Shown here one piece after another: positions 1 to 28,434 of a DNA stretch of 64,000 bases. This stretch comes from Amoebidium appalachense. Its lineage: Eukaryota; Protista; Ichthyosporea. The stretch lies in the NCBI GenBank assembly GCA_963693365.1, contig CAVNZM010000004.1, positions 6,140,564 through 6,204,563 of the forward strand, in the 5' to 3' direction. The position numbers were made by a program, and so were the translations under genes. Positions within the stretch are counted from its first letter, which is position 1. Every line of letters begins with the position of its first letter. The notes below the pieces were generated by a model that had not been told where the DNA came from, made no database searches, and saw only the letters and a program-made list of their open reading frames with translations.

Positions 1-225
1 TGCTTGCGTTTTCCACCGATGATTCCACTCCCACACCGCGCTGTACTTGTTGTTGTTGTTGTTGCTGTGTTGTTTGTTGTTGCACCTCGAGTGGTTGTCG
101 TGAGGACTCCTCCAGTGATCGTTGCTGCTCGAGCACGTGCCTCTCCCTCTCTCGTGCCTTTTCGAGGTGGGCCTCTCTCTTTGCCTGCTCCACTATCTCG
201 TCGATGCTCACCGCACCCGCAGTCT
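1..225 (-). CDS. Probable exon fragment, Glu/Gln-rich and possibly coiled-coil, running off the left edge
   Basis: The minus strand reads open as TAGAVSIDEIVEQAKREAHLEKARERERHVLEQQRSLEESSRQPLEVQQQTTQQQQQQQVQRG. A possible acceptor (tttttcatctccaagcag) lies near 220. No family recognised. Confidence 0.4.
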
Positions 226-239
226 GCTTGGAGATGAAA

Positions 240-331
240 AATATGGGATTAGTCTGTGGTAAATGACGTCACTAAATATGGGGTAGTCTGTGGTGAATGA
301 CGTCACCAAAAGGGGGCAGTCTGTGGTAAGC
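240..331. repeat. Three imperfect tandem copies of a ~33-34 bp unit containing the palindrome TGACGTCA
   Basis: agtctgtggt starts at 251, 285 and 318. The first two copies continue (a/g)aatgacgtcac. Confidence 0.85.
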
Positions 332-895
332 GTGATGGCAGATGTTACCCAATCAAAATTAGCCAACTATTTACCCGCCATTTTTGGCAGGTGGCTAACC
401 ATTCAAGGTTAGGTTTGTCCCCTTGCTGGCTAACATTTTTGGCTGCAGCGCTGCCTGCAGGACTATTATTTCTACAAAACAATATAGCAAAACTTTTAAG
501 CTTTAGGACATAATAGATAACAGCGAAAAAAGCGCTTTTGAGGGGTGACAACATCGCTACAGACTCGGCCAGTCCCAAAAACTGTGGTACATGATGAACC
601 CCTTGTTTCTATGGCCATTGTATGATGATTCCTATGGCCATTGTATGATGATCACAGGGAGTATCATAGAACAAACGTGCACCGTGCAGCTGGTACATAG
701 AACGAGTAGTGCCAAGCAATGGTAACCACATTTTTTGTGTGAAATTTATACAATTAATTTGATGTCGATGAGAAATTTTTTGCATAATATTAAATGCATT
801 TGCTTGCATGTAGGCATAAGACCTGGCTGCAAAAACACGATTCTGGTTGGTGGTGGCTGTGGCTGGGGTCTGGAGAGGTAGGCGGAGTTAGGGAA

Positions 896-930
<35 letters not shown>

Positions 931-967
931 GGGGGAACACATACCCCAGCGCGGCGCCTGAGGCGCT

Positions 968-10617
<9,650 letters not shown>

Positions 10618-12340
10618 GGCTTGTGCACCGCTATTGGCGCTAGCGTAGCACGATCAAAAACACGTCATTTCTTGGATAAAGGCTTGTTTACAGGGCGTTC
10701 AAGTACACACGAAACACGGTTGCCTAAACCTGCTACTTCCGTTGATATAAGTCCAAAGTTACGCACTTGACTGCCTGTAGGTAATTACAAAAGCCGACTT
10801 TTGGGGTTCAGTGCTCATTGCTTATGTGAGCGGCTGTTGCTTTCTTATGTGTGTGTTCATGAAAGCTAGGGCACATTATATGGAAGCAAGGTAAAAGCAA
10901 AGTGAAAGAAGATGCAGGTTAGGAACACTAAAACTTGTGAAGGAGACTGAGCTGAGACAGCACTCCTGCACGTAACACGGTGAACTTGAAGCCTTCGAAG
11001 CCTTCGATTGTGAGCTAAAAATAGCCTTGGAATGCGCCGTTACGTAATCCAACTTCTCAGTGACGACCCGCCGGGATCCTTTTTGTCTTCGAAGGCTGCC
11101 TGAGCTCTCAGCAGAACTCTCTGAGACTGCCCGAGTATATCCCTCTCCCTCCCACTCTCCCCCGCCCCTCCCCCCCACTCCTCTGAAAACACACACCCAC
11201 GCATACCTAGTCTTCCCCTCCCGCCGTCCCCCCTCCGGTGGGGGGGTTAGATCTAGAGCGGCCAGAGCAGCGAAGACGTCACATGCAACCCCCTCTCCAA
11301 TCCCACAATCATTCTAAAAGGGTAGTCATTTCGCTTCTTCGTCGTTCACACAGCTGTCCTGTCCTCCCTCCTCTCCCCGCACCCTCCTCCCCTCCTTCCT
11401 CTCTCTCGTGGCCTGCAAGAAAGGATAGGATTAGGATTAGTTCATGACCCCTAAACACGCCCTGAAACTGTAACACCTGAAAGACCAGAAACCAACGCAG
11501 GGTTTCATCTGATAATTCTGCCTTTTGAGCTTTATGTGATTTTTGTTCTGTTATATATCAGACATACAGAGGACAGATTTGTAACCGCTAAAATCTGCCG
11601 AACCTTTCGGAACACTATGTAGCGGCCAACTCTACCTTCTTCCACCCCCATCTCCACCTACCTCCCCTCGCCGCCCCCGCCCCTCCCCTCCCCCTCCTCC
11701 CACACATGTCACCAAACTCTTTTTGCATGACTAGTCGGTCTAGTACTAACCAGGTGCCGCGCTGTTAGGGTGTGAGCATTCCTCGTTTTTGCCGCATCTG
11801 CATCTGATCCAGCATCGGCATGGACTTCGAATTCGCAGTTTGCATCGCGAAGGTAGCAGGAAACCTGAAGTCTGGGAATCAGCGTGAAGTTCAAAGACCC
11901 CCCCTCCCCCCCCCTCCCCCCCCCCCCTTCCCCCTCCCCTTTCTCAGCCTTGCACCACACCTACCTGAGACCTACCCATAGGTCACCTCATGATCACTGC
12001 TCGATCAGTCGAGCAGCCGCTGCGCGCCCTGGAGGTGATTTGTTGTAAAAATAGACTTGGCGCCACGTTTGTGAGCCACTTGAAAAAATTCAATTATTCA
12101 AATTTTTGGAGCGCGTGCAAACAAATCTGATTTGCAGACACACAGGCCGGAGAGACAGACAACTTTTCATAGTGAGTTGCAAGGTGAAAAAGAGAGGGGA
12201 ATTGTGCTACTGTAAGGCCAGGTTGGAGATTTTTTTTTTTTGTCACGTCTAGTGCTAGGGTTTTGACATCCCAGCTACTCAGAGAAGTATACGTTGCAGC
12301 ATATAACGTGTAACGGTTAACTGAAGGGGGAGGGGGCAAA
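10618..12340. promoter_or_regulatory. Intergenic region between divergent start codons, probably holding both promoters
   Basis: Lies between ATG 10617 (-) and ATG 12341 (+) and is largely free of microsatellites. The call is positional only. Confidence 0.4.
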
Positions 12341-12848
12341 ATGCTGGACCTTCTTCAGGCCACGGTGGCGGACATACCGCTGAAACACAAGGGGCCGCTG
12401 CTTATTGTGGACAGCACAGACTCTATCAATGGCTGCTTGCAGGTCTGTACATGAGCAGTGTTTCGTTCTCACGATCTTGTGCTTCAGGCTGCCTGACATG
12501 TATTTCAGTTAAAAAAAAAAAACGGCTGTGAGCTTCTGCCCATGAGGTCTCAACTGCTTCTCACCTTCTTGTTTTCTATTCACGAGGCTCTCTCTGCAAC
12601 TCTCCTTTTCGCTCCCTCCGCCTGCCCAACTCTTTCTTATATGTTTCTCTTCCTAAACTGCTAGCGGCTGCTTCGTGACATGCTGCTTTCACGGCCTTCT
12701 CGTGTTTGCTCTTCTCTCACCCCCCCCCTCCCCCCCCTCCCCTCCCTCTCCCCTTTACCCCCCTCTCTCTCGCGCGCGCTATCCCTCCCTCTCTCTCCCT
12801 CTATCCCTCCCCCTATCTCTTCTCTCTCTCTCTCTCTCTCTCTTTCTT

Positions 12849-12942
<94 letters not shown>

Positions 12943-15900
12943 CTCTATCTCTCCTCTCTCTCCCCCGCCGTTCTCTTTCCCCTCTCTACCTCCCCCCCCC
13001 CCCCCTTTTTTTAATCTCTTCGCCCACTCCCCCTCATTCCCACAGTCTTTTTCTCTCTCCCCCTCCCGTCCCCCTCTTTTCGTCCCTCTCCCCCCTCTCT
13101 TCCTCGCTCCCTCTCTCATCTCCCCTTCCATCTCTCTCTCTTCCTCCCCCTACCTACTGACACAGGTCTTCTGCCCTTTCCCTGCCCCGCTCTCACAGCC
13201 CACCCCCTCGATTTCCAGTCTCCCCCCTCCCCCCTCCCCCCCTTTCCCCTCACATTTTCGGCGAGATCTGTCCGTTGCTCCTACCCGGAAGGCATTGCGG
13301 TACAGCAAGTTTATGCAACAGTCAAATAACACTTTCTCTCACATCCTGCGTTGATCATCGGCCTCCTTCTTCGGATTTACCCTTGAGAGTGGACTGTAGG
13401 CCAACTAGTGATGTACAGTTGTTTCCATGGTTGGACACGTCCCCACGTATACCTCTTAGCACAAGAGCATTTAGAATCTGCACACATGTCCACCCATGTG
13501 CTTTTTTTTTGCATTCGTGTTCGGTAACAAGCCTGTCGGGGCCAAGCTGGGGTGGGAGGGTTCTTTCTCACAGACACACACATACACTCTCTCCCTCCCT
13601 CCCTCCCTTCCTCCCTCTCTCTCTCTCTCTCTTCCCCCCTCTCCTCCTCCCCCCCCCTCTCTCTCTCGCTCTTTCTCCCCCCCCCCCCCCCCCCATTTTC
13701 TCTCTTTCCCTCCCCCCTCCCCCCAACCTTTCAACCTCTCTCTCTCTCTCCTCCCCTCTTCCCCCTTCCCCGCCCCCCTACCCTTTTTTATTCTCTTCCT
13801 CTCTACCTCCGTCTTCTTTCTTGCTTTTTCCCTCTGCATTTTCTCTCTCCCCCTCTCACTCTCCCCTTATCTCCCTTCCTCTCCTTCACTCTCCCCATCC
13901 TGCCCCTGGCCTCCCACAACCCCCCCCCCTCCCCTCCGTCCCTCCCTCCCTCCTTCCCTCGCTCACCCCTCCCTCCCCGTTCTCTCTCCCCCTTCCCCCC
14001 CTCCTCTTGCGCTTTCTCTCCCTCTTTCCCTCGCTGTCCCTTCCCTCGCTCTCGTCTCGCTACTCTACCCCATTTTTTTGCACACTAATCCTTATGTTCA
14101 AACACATGGTGGCACTTGCATAGGCATGTGCACAACTCAGGCAGACACCTGCACATGCATCAATACATCCCAAAACCAAATACACACGCATGCATGCCTG
14201 GACACACACAGACTTCGCACGCACACGCACACACAACACACTCACACTCACACACAACTCGAAACACATGGATATATGCACACGCATACACCATCACTCA
14301 CCTACCCTACACACACGTAGGATACCCACATTTTCTTCCCCTCCTTTTTCTCCGCTCGTAATTTTTCTTCCCACTGCAGCACTTGTGTCTTTCCCCTCCA
14401 TCCCCTTTTTCAAACCAACTCCTCTCATATCCACCTGCACATAAGACCCTCTTGCCCACACACTTCCACTCATGATTTATACTTTCATTTTGAACCATTC
14501 AACACATGACCTATCTATAACACACACTCTCTCCCTCCACCTGTTTTTTTTACTCACGTTTTTTCCCATGCAGACATTTGTTGCACGTGGGCTGCTGTCA
14601 GCGCCAGTATGGGATGAGGCCACCAAATCATTCCTGGGCAGTATGGTGAGTTTTCCATGTGCTTGAATGAACAGTGGTGGAGTTATGACATATTGCTCCC
14701 CCCCTCCCCCCTCCCCCCTTCTTCCTCGGGGAAGAAATCATGGCACCCCCTCCCTCGGGGGAACGAAAATCATCTGCTCCCCCCCCCCCCCCCCCCCCTC
14801 CTCGCCTTCCCCCCCCCCCCCCCCCCCCCCAGCGCACGGCTGATGTTGCATACTTGAATGTTTGCCTTTGCATGTGTCCTGCACCATGCTTCTCATCGTG
14901 TATGCGTACTTCGTACTGTGTTCCGCATTCAAACCCCCCCCAACACACACACACACACCACTCCTACCCCCCGGTGCATGGCTTAGGCCTCCCCCAGCGA
15001 TTGGCTCTGCTTGCAATGCATACCGTTTGTGTGTGCTCCTCAAATCTGCACTGTGTAAACCCGTCGTGAATGTATCCTTCCTAATCTGTAACACATACTA
15101 ATCTCTCCCCCCCATCCCCCTTCTCCCCCCCCTTCCCCTTGCATAAGCAACCCTGCTCGTCTTTGATCAAGACGGGTTGACCCGCCCAAGCTCAGTTGAT
15201 GCTGCTGTCTGAGTTGGAGTGTCGTATATACGCGGGCTAAGGGGTCGAAACTCAGACGCAATTGATGACTTGGGTCCTCCCTGAGGATGGGCTCTGCTTA
15301 TGACGCATACTGTGCACATGGCTGATGTTGCATACTTGAATGTTTGCCTTTGCATGTGTCCTGCACCATGCTTCTCGTCGTGTATGCGTACTTTGTACCG
15401 TGTTCCGCATTCAAAACCCCCCCTTCCCCCTGCGGAGGCTCCCTTTTGAGAATGGACTCTGTTTACGCTGCATACTGCGAGTGAATGTTTGCCTTTGCAT
15501 GTCTTCCGTCGTTCTCATCGTATAGCTATACTTCTTACTGTGTTCCGCATTTCAATCCCTCCCCCCCCCCCCCCCCCCCCCCCATCCCCACCCCCACCCC
15601 ACCCCCCCACCCCCCTCCCCGAGGATGGGCTCTGCTTATGACGCATACTGTGCGCATGGCTGATGTTGCATACTTGAATGTTTGCCTTTGCATGTGTCCT
15701 TCGTGTATGCGTACTTCGTACCGTGTTCCGCATTCAAACCCCACCAGTCTTCTTTCAGAGGTGTCCTTTCAGGACAGACCACTGTGTGGAGACCGCTTTA
15801 CTTCCTGCAACCGGGCATGGTTGCTCTGTGTCGTGCATCTGTAAGCACATACGCATTTTCCGCTGCACTGCATTAGTTTGCACACACACATTCACCGTTT

Positions 15901-17548
15901 TGCTCACCTTGCTTGCATAAGCAACCCTGCTCGTCTTTGATCAAGACGGGTTGACCCTCCCAAGTTCAGTTGATGCTGCTGTCTGAGTTGGAGAGTGGTA
16001 TATACGCGGGCTGAGGGGTCGAAACTCAGACGCAATTGATGACTTGGGCCCTCCCTGAGGATGGGCTCTGCTTATGACGCATACTGTGCGCATGGCTGAT
16101 GTTGCATACTTGAATGTTTGCCTTTGCATGTGTCCTTCGTGTATGCGTACTTCGTACCGTGTTCCGCATTCAAACCCCCGGGGAGATGGGCTCTGCCTAT
16201 TATGCATCCTCTTGTGTGTGGTTTGCAGCTCTGCATTATGCGGTCCGTTGTAACGTATGATTATGTACTTCGTACACTATAACACCTATTAACCCCCCCC
16301 CCCCCCCCCCCCCCCCCTCCCCCCCTCCCCCCCCCCCCCCCCCCCCCACGCTCTCTCTACCCTAGGATCTTATGGACATAGTGCGTGTGATTGTGGAGAC
16401 GTTTGGGCTTGAAGAGGTTAAGAGGCACGACGTGCAGAAACTCATGCAGAAGCAGAAATTGTTCACTGAGACCCCCATCAAGGAGGTCTATGGTGCGTAA
16501 AAAACCCCCCCTGGATGATAATTTGGATAGGAACACACGTGCACATGTAAATGACACATCGATTATGACACATCTATACACAACATGCACATGCGCTCAC
16601 TTGGACACGGGTGGGCACACACGTAGGCACAGGCATACACAGAGGCATTTGCACACTTATGGGCCCAAACTATCATGCACATGTGCTATTTATTAGTCAC
16701 ATGGAGACACACACAAGCGGCCAAGCAAACACGTGACGGTGCACAACACCATGAACCCTAGCCCAAGTGACACGCACAAACACACTCGAGCGCAATCACA
16801 TACACATGCACGACACATACAACCCTCCCCCCCCCCCCCCCCCCCCCACTCTTTATGTATGGTTTGCATTCTGCATCGTGTTAATCCGTTGTTCTCGTGT
16901 ACTTCATACTTAATGACGTATTAAAACCCCCCTTTCCCCCACCCCCGGTGCCCGTCTGGCCAGGTAGCCATGGCTTAAAGACTTCTCTGACGATATTCTG
17001 TGTCGTGGTATTTTGACGATGGGCTCTGTCAGTATATATCGTGCCTGTTGATTTCTAACGGGCATCCTTGTTTTGTGATTGTCTTACGTCTTAGCCTCCA
17101 ATTTCCCACCCTTTTATATAAATATCCCCCTCCCCCCCCCCCCCCCTCCCTCCCCCCGCGCCCACCCACCTCCCTCTGCCTCTGTGCTTGTGCCTAAACC
17201 TGAGGGTATGGGTGAGCAGATTTTAAGGTGCGCAACCCGTTTGTGCCGGTGACGAGAGACACCAGTCTAGCGGAGGTGTTAAAGATCATGACCCAGAGCG
17301 ACACGTACATCCGCAGAGTGGCCGTTATGGACACCACAAAGGTGATTAGTCTCCTTTTTTTTTTTTTCACCGTGTGTTGACAATGTCTAGATATGAATGG
17401 ATCTTTCTCCTTCAGGCTGTGCTGTTTTTGAGGATTCCCCCCCTGCAAATTCAAGGCTGCATTGTTTTTGGATAGATTCCCCCTTCAGGCTGTGCCGTTT
17501 TTAATGGAACCACCCCCCCCCGAGTCCGGGGGAGAGGGGGGGGGGGGG

Positions 17549-17582
<34 letters not shown>

Positions 17583-18201
17583 AAGAAAGGTATGAAAGGA
17601 AGAAAGGAAGAAATGGGAAGGGGGAAGTGACTCTTGCCGGCTGGAGGTGGCTGTCGTATTTCTTGTTCGGCGGGTTTTGTAAGGGGGGAGGGGGGGGAGG
17701 GGGGAGGGGGGGGGGGGGGGGGGGGGGGGGCAGGTTGGCGATCTCTGAAGTGAGTAATGAATTACAGCTAGGATGTGTGCTAAGGTTCAGAAGGCATACA
17801 TGTTCGATTTCGTTGCCGTTGGGAGAGAATGGGGGAAGCGAGGGGGTGGGGGGGGGGGTGGGGTGTAGCCCGCGTGCCTGCCTGCATGGCTTGTCGCGTG
17901 TGAAGGGTGGGAGTGGGCAAGTGGGTTTGGGGGGGGGGGGGGGGGGGGGGGGGATGTGGGGATGTGGGGGGGAGGGGGGTGGATGTGGGGATGTGTGTGT
18001 GTGGGGGGGGGGGGGTTCAGTATGGACATGTGAATAGCTGTGTCTGTGCTGACTTACTGTTTCATTTCATCAGGAGGGCAAGGAGCAGATAGTGTCCATC
18101 GTGTCCCAGGCAGGCCTGATTAACTACATCAGCAAGCACCACTCATTCGTAGGTGGCCCACGAACTCCTATTACTACCAAACACACGCATACACACACAC
18201 A

Positions 18202-18256
<55 letters not shown>

Positions 18257-18608
18257 TCACGCGCGTGCGCGCACGCGCGCGCACACACACACACACACAC
18301 GGACGCGCGCACACACACACATCCTTTCTCCCCACCCTAACCCTCACTCCCTCCTCCCCCTGCCCCTCCTCCCTCCGACATACGGGCAAACTAGTCTCCA
18401 TGGTTTTGCTGCTCTCGTGACTGTATACATGTGTCTGTGCACAAGAATACACACGGTTACGCACACATCTATCCACACACGCCTTCCATAATGTTGCCTC
18501 CCCTCCCATGACGAACACAGATCACACAAACAGTTTCTCTCACCCCGTGCTCCTTGCAATCCACCCCGTGTGCGCCTGCACGCCCGTGCACCTGTGTGTG
18601 TGTGTGTG

Positions 18609-18692
<84 letters not shown>

Positions 18693-19380
18693 TACACATA
18701 CATAAACACACAAAGACACAACCAACCGAACACCTTTGTCCCCCCTTCCCCCCGTTCCCGGCTAGATCCTATCCCCACCATTATCCACCTCCACCTCCTG
18801 ATATAAGTACCTTACTGTGTTTGTATTGAATTTTCATGGGGCCTGAGACCTGGGAATAACAATGATATGCTTGCTCACGCTGCTGCCGATGATTATTATC
18901 ATTTATACTAAGTTTCGTTATTGCCCCTCCTCCCCCCCCCCCCCCCCCCTCTCTTCCCTCTCTCTCATTGTTCTGTCTCCCCCCCCCCCCCCCCCCCCCC
19001 TCCTTCGCCCCCCTTCCCCGTGCCCCTTCTTCTACTGCCATTCATTGCCCTCACTCACGCCCTCCATGCCCCCCTCCCCCCTTCCCCCCTTTTTCTTTTT
19101 TTTTATTTTTATTTTCATTTTTTATTTTTTTATTTTTTTTATTTTTTAGATCCCCAGCCACCAGAAGATTAAGACGGTGGAGGACTTCTACAAACCACAG
19201 AAGAGGGTGGTGGCCATCTCGGGGGGGCAGGTGGTCATGGAGGCATTCCAGCTCATGAAGACGGAGGTAGGTGTGTGTGTGTGTGTATGGGTGGATGGGT
19301 GGGTGGGGGGGGGGGGAGGGGAGGGGGGCAGCTCATGAAGACGGGGGTGTGTGCGTGTGCGTGTATGTGTGCGTTTGTGT

Positions 19381-19469
<89 letters not shown>

Positions 19470-19723
19470 GTTGTGTGTGCGTGTGCGTGTGCGTGTGCGT
19501 GTGCGTGTGCGTGTGCGTGTGTGCGTGCGTGTGTGTTTGCGAGCGCGCGCACTTGTGGTAAATACCAAGGGAGGCTGACAGGTTGTGAGTGGTAAAAGGA
19601 GGGGGGAGGTTGGTTGAGCGAGCATTGTGTTGGTGGGGTGTTCGTTGAGTTTGGGTGGGTGAGTGGTGTGGTTGGGTTCATGGCTGGCAGGTTTGGAAAG
19701 GGCAGGTTTATGGGTGGACTAGT

Positions 19724-19791
<68 letters not shown>

Positions 19792-20557
19792 TCCTTCTTT
19801 TTTCGCTCTGACCCCCATCTCCCCCAGAATGTCAGCGGCATTGCCGTTGTTGACGATGAGGGTCATCTGATTGGCTCTTTGAGCATCCGCGATCTCAAGG
19901 TGAGCTTCGGGCCTATCTTTGACTTTGAGTTTTCATATGATCTTGTGCACATGCACGGAACGGCACGTACATGCGCACACAGGCACACACACATGCACAT
20001 AAACACGTGCGCGCACACAGCACATTCACTCACTCACACACTCACACTCACACTCACATTGACACACACACAGTGGCATGTGCGCACGCGCGCACACACA
20101 CACAGACACAGACAGACACACACATGCACACAGACGCGGGCGGGCGGGCGGGCGCACACACACATGCACATGTCTCAAACACGGATAGACGGTCTCTCTC
20201 TCACTCTCACTGTGTCCGTCCCTCCGCCCCTCCCCCTCCTCTCCCTCCCTCCCTCTCTCAGTCCGCCTCCCCTCTCCCCCCTCCCCTCCCCCTCCCCTCC
20301 CCCTCCTTCCCTCGTTCCCTCCCTCCTTCTATCCCACCCACCCTCCTTCCGTCCTGCCATCGCTCCTGCCATCGCTCCCTCCCTACCCTACCCCCCCCCC
20401 CCCTTTTTTTTTTATTTTTTTGTTTTTTTTTTTGTTTTTTTTGTTCCTAACACGTCTCACAGGGCCTAGTGGTCAACAACGGCATTGATCTAGCGCGGCT
20501 GCTGATGCCTGCACGCACTTTTGTCAACATCATCTCCCAGATGAGCATGGAGGTACG

Positions 20558-20602
<45 letters not shown>

Positions 20603-22074
20603 CCATTGAACCCCCCCCCCCCCCCCCCCCCCCTCTTCCCCTTCCCCCCTCCTCTTCAATCTCCAACCCCCCTCCCGTCCTACGTGGATCCCTCCATAGG
20701 ATGGGCCTCGAGTATGGTGCATCCTGTGTGTGTGTGTGCTTTGCCAAATCTGCAATGTTTTGGTCCTTCATGAGTGTGCTCTTCTTATCCTGTAGACGTT
20801 TTCATTTCTACCCCCCCCCCCCCCTCCCCCCCCCCCCCCCCCCCCCCCCCCGCCCACACACACACACACACATCACCCCCACACCACCCCATTCTTCTCT
20901 TTTTGTTCTTGCTAATTCTAAGGCTTCTTAATCGAGATCAATGGAAGCAAACAGGTTCCACGCGACCCACCGCCTCAACTATCCATCAATCAGCCCCTCA
21001 ACCCCTTTTGCTTGCTTCGGGTCATTTCGCCACAAATCTTGTGATGAGTCGTTGGTGGTGTTTTTTATTACTATTTTTTAGAGTCGGCACAGAATGAATT
21101 AAGACTGCAACTCCACTCTTCATCCATACATCTCAAACGTCTTGTTAGTATCTTCATGTGATGAACCCCCCTCCCCCCCCCCCCCCCCTCCCCCCCCCCC
21201 CCCCCCCCCTCAACCACCACCACCACCAACACGCCTACCCCCACCCCACCCCCGCCGCCCCCCCCTCCCCCCCCCCCCCCCCCCCCCCCCCACCCTGCGC
21301 GGCGCTCTAGATATGGTGCATTACTCTTTGCATGTGCTCTTTTATGCAATGCCTGCAGTGTTGTCCTCGTGAATGTGTACGTGGTCTTCTGTAAAACATG
21401 ACCCCCCTCCACCCCCTCCCGGCCCTCCCTGAGGATGGGCTCTGCTGATGACGCATACTGTGCGCATGGCTCATGTTGCATACTTGAATGTTTGCCTTTG
21501 CATGTGTCCTGCACCATGCTTCTCATCGTGTATGTATACTTAGTACCGTGTTCCGCATTCAAACCCCCCCCCCCCCCCCCTCCCTCCCTCTGGAGGGGTG
21601 GCGCTAATCCCCGTGCTCACGCATTTTCTGAGCAGGAGAAGCACCCAGCTGTGAGTGTGCTTGTGACGGACACCTTGACCAGTGTGGTCGATAAGATTGC
21701 CGCTGCCGGCGTCCACAGGTACTCCCCCCCCCCCCCCCCCCCCCCCCCTGTGGTGCGTGCTTTTCCCCCTCCTCCCACCTTTCCTCCCCTGCACTTACCC
21801 GCGCGCATCCGCGCTATATCACACACGCGCGCACGCACATGCATGCACACACAGGCACGCACATAAGCACACATTGGGCTCCGAACATACACATGCGCTC
21901 ACGCATGTTCAGGCACACACATGCATGTGGATGTGCGCATGCGCCTCACATGCAGACATACACCCACACGTGCATGCACGTGCGCATGCTCATATGCATA
22001 CACTCTTGCCTCCCCTGCCTCCCCCGTCTTGAGTTCTATGAGCAATTAGTGTCCACCTCTTACAATGTCAGCCA

Positions 22075-22106
<32 letters not shown>

Positions 22107-22268
22107 CCCCTGGCAGGCTATTGTCGCGGTTTATGATTAGCGCCGACACATTTTCCATTACTGATATAAGGGGGGGTTCCGTGCAGATTGTTTGTTGTGG
22201 ACAGTAAACTCATGCCCGTGGGGGTGGTGAGTCTGGTGGACGTACTGCACGCGCTCTCCACCGAATGA
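12341..22268 (+). CDS. Four-CBS-domain protein (AMPK gamma subunit/Sds23-like adenylate sensor), 10 exons
   Basis: Spliced product: MLDLLQATVADIPLKHKGPLLIVDSTDSINGCLQ (12341-12442) | TFVARGLLSAPVWDEATKSFLGSM (~14574) | DLMDIVRVIVETF...TPIKEVY (~16366) | DFKVRNPFVPVTRDTSLAEVLKIM...IRRVAVMD (~17220) | QIVSIVSQAGLINYI (~18074) | KRVVAISGGQVVMEAFQLMKTE (~19150) | NVSGIAVVDDEGHLIGSLSIRDLK (~19829) | GLVVNNG...SME (~20463) | HPAVSVLVTDTLTSVVDKIAAAGVHR (~21635) | LFVVDSKLMPVGVVSLVDVLHALSTE* (TGA 22266-22268). These are typical CBS motifs. Confidence 0.9.
14832..16290 (+). repeat. Cluster of full and partial copies of an interspersed intronic repeat (~270 bp when full length)
   Basis: Full copies at ~15141-15416 and ~15914-16178. 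The 3' module (gaggatgggctctgcttatgacgcatactgtgcgcatggctgatgttgcatacttgaatgtttgcctttgcatgtgtcct...gttccgcattcaaa-Cn) also occurs at ~14832-14934, ~15435-15557, ~15620-15740 and, degenerate, at ~16185-16290. Confidence 0.92.
21420..21564 (+). repeat. Copy of the 3' module of the intronic repeat
   Basis: ggccctccctgaggatgggctctgctgatgacgcatactgtgcgcatgg...gttccgcattcaaa followed by a C-run. A degenerate copy precedes it at ~21300-21400. Confidence 0.9.
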
Positions 22269-22594
22269 GCATCTGACCGAACACACCCATATATCTTTTT
22301 TGCCTAGCTGGTGACTGGGCGGGTGCGTGTGGTTAGAATGCCATATAATGTTTGTCACGGCGGGGTGTATATGTGTATGATGAGGTTTCACGGTTGGTGA
22401 GGTGGGATTTTTTGTTGGAAAGAAGGAAAGGGTGGTAGAAAATAACAACACTTGTGTTGTCGAGGTTTGATGTAGGTGGAGAGGGAAGGCGAAGGGGATG
22501 GGGGAGGTGGTGGTAAGCTTTTTTTGTGTGTTTGGAGGCTGGGAAGTTCTGCGATAGACATACAATTTTTTTTTTCTTTTTCTTTTTTCTTTTT

Positions 22595-22669
<75 letters not shown>

Positions 22670-22988
22670 TGGGGGGGGGGATGGGGGATGTGTACGTGCG
22701 ATTTGATTTTTATAGTAGTCAGTGGGTGATAGGTTTATATCCCACGAGGATATACTCTGTGTGGCCTGCCTTGAAATGAATATATAGTCACGTATCATGC
22801 ACACACAAGTATATGCACACGCACATGCATATGTACACGCAAGCAAACACACACGCAAACACACACACACACACATAGAGAGAGAGAGACAATCACATAG
22901 ACACCGTTTCCCCTGTTTCACTGCCTAAATTGGTTGCAAGCTTGTGTGCTCAGGGCGTTTCTCCCTGTGTGTCTGCCCATGATAGCTC

Positions 22989-28434
<5,446 letters not shown>

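Noticed and set aside
240-331. CRISPR-like array
   Set aside because: The units are adjacent with no unique spacers, there are only three, no cas genes are present and the context is eukaryotic.
590-598. CATGATGAA, identical to the start of the Drosophila P-element TIR
   Set aside because: Only 9 bp match and I found no partner TIR or TSD in the window, so it is probably chance.
15260-15290. C/D-box snoRNA reading of the intronic repeat (TGATGA...CTGA)
   Set aside because: The boxes are too close together, they are not kept in the second subfamily, and I recognised no rRNA guide.
17408-17510. Three ~35-bp copies of ttcaggctgtgctgttttt...attcccc
   Set aside because: An ordinary local tandem duplication in an intron. 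Similar small duplications lie at ~26285-26330, ~58817-58857 and ~60820-61100.
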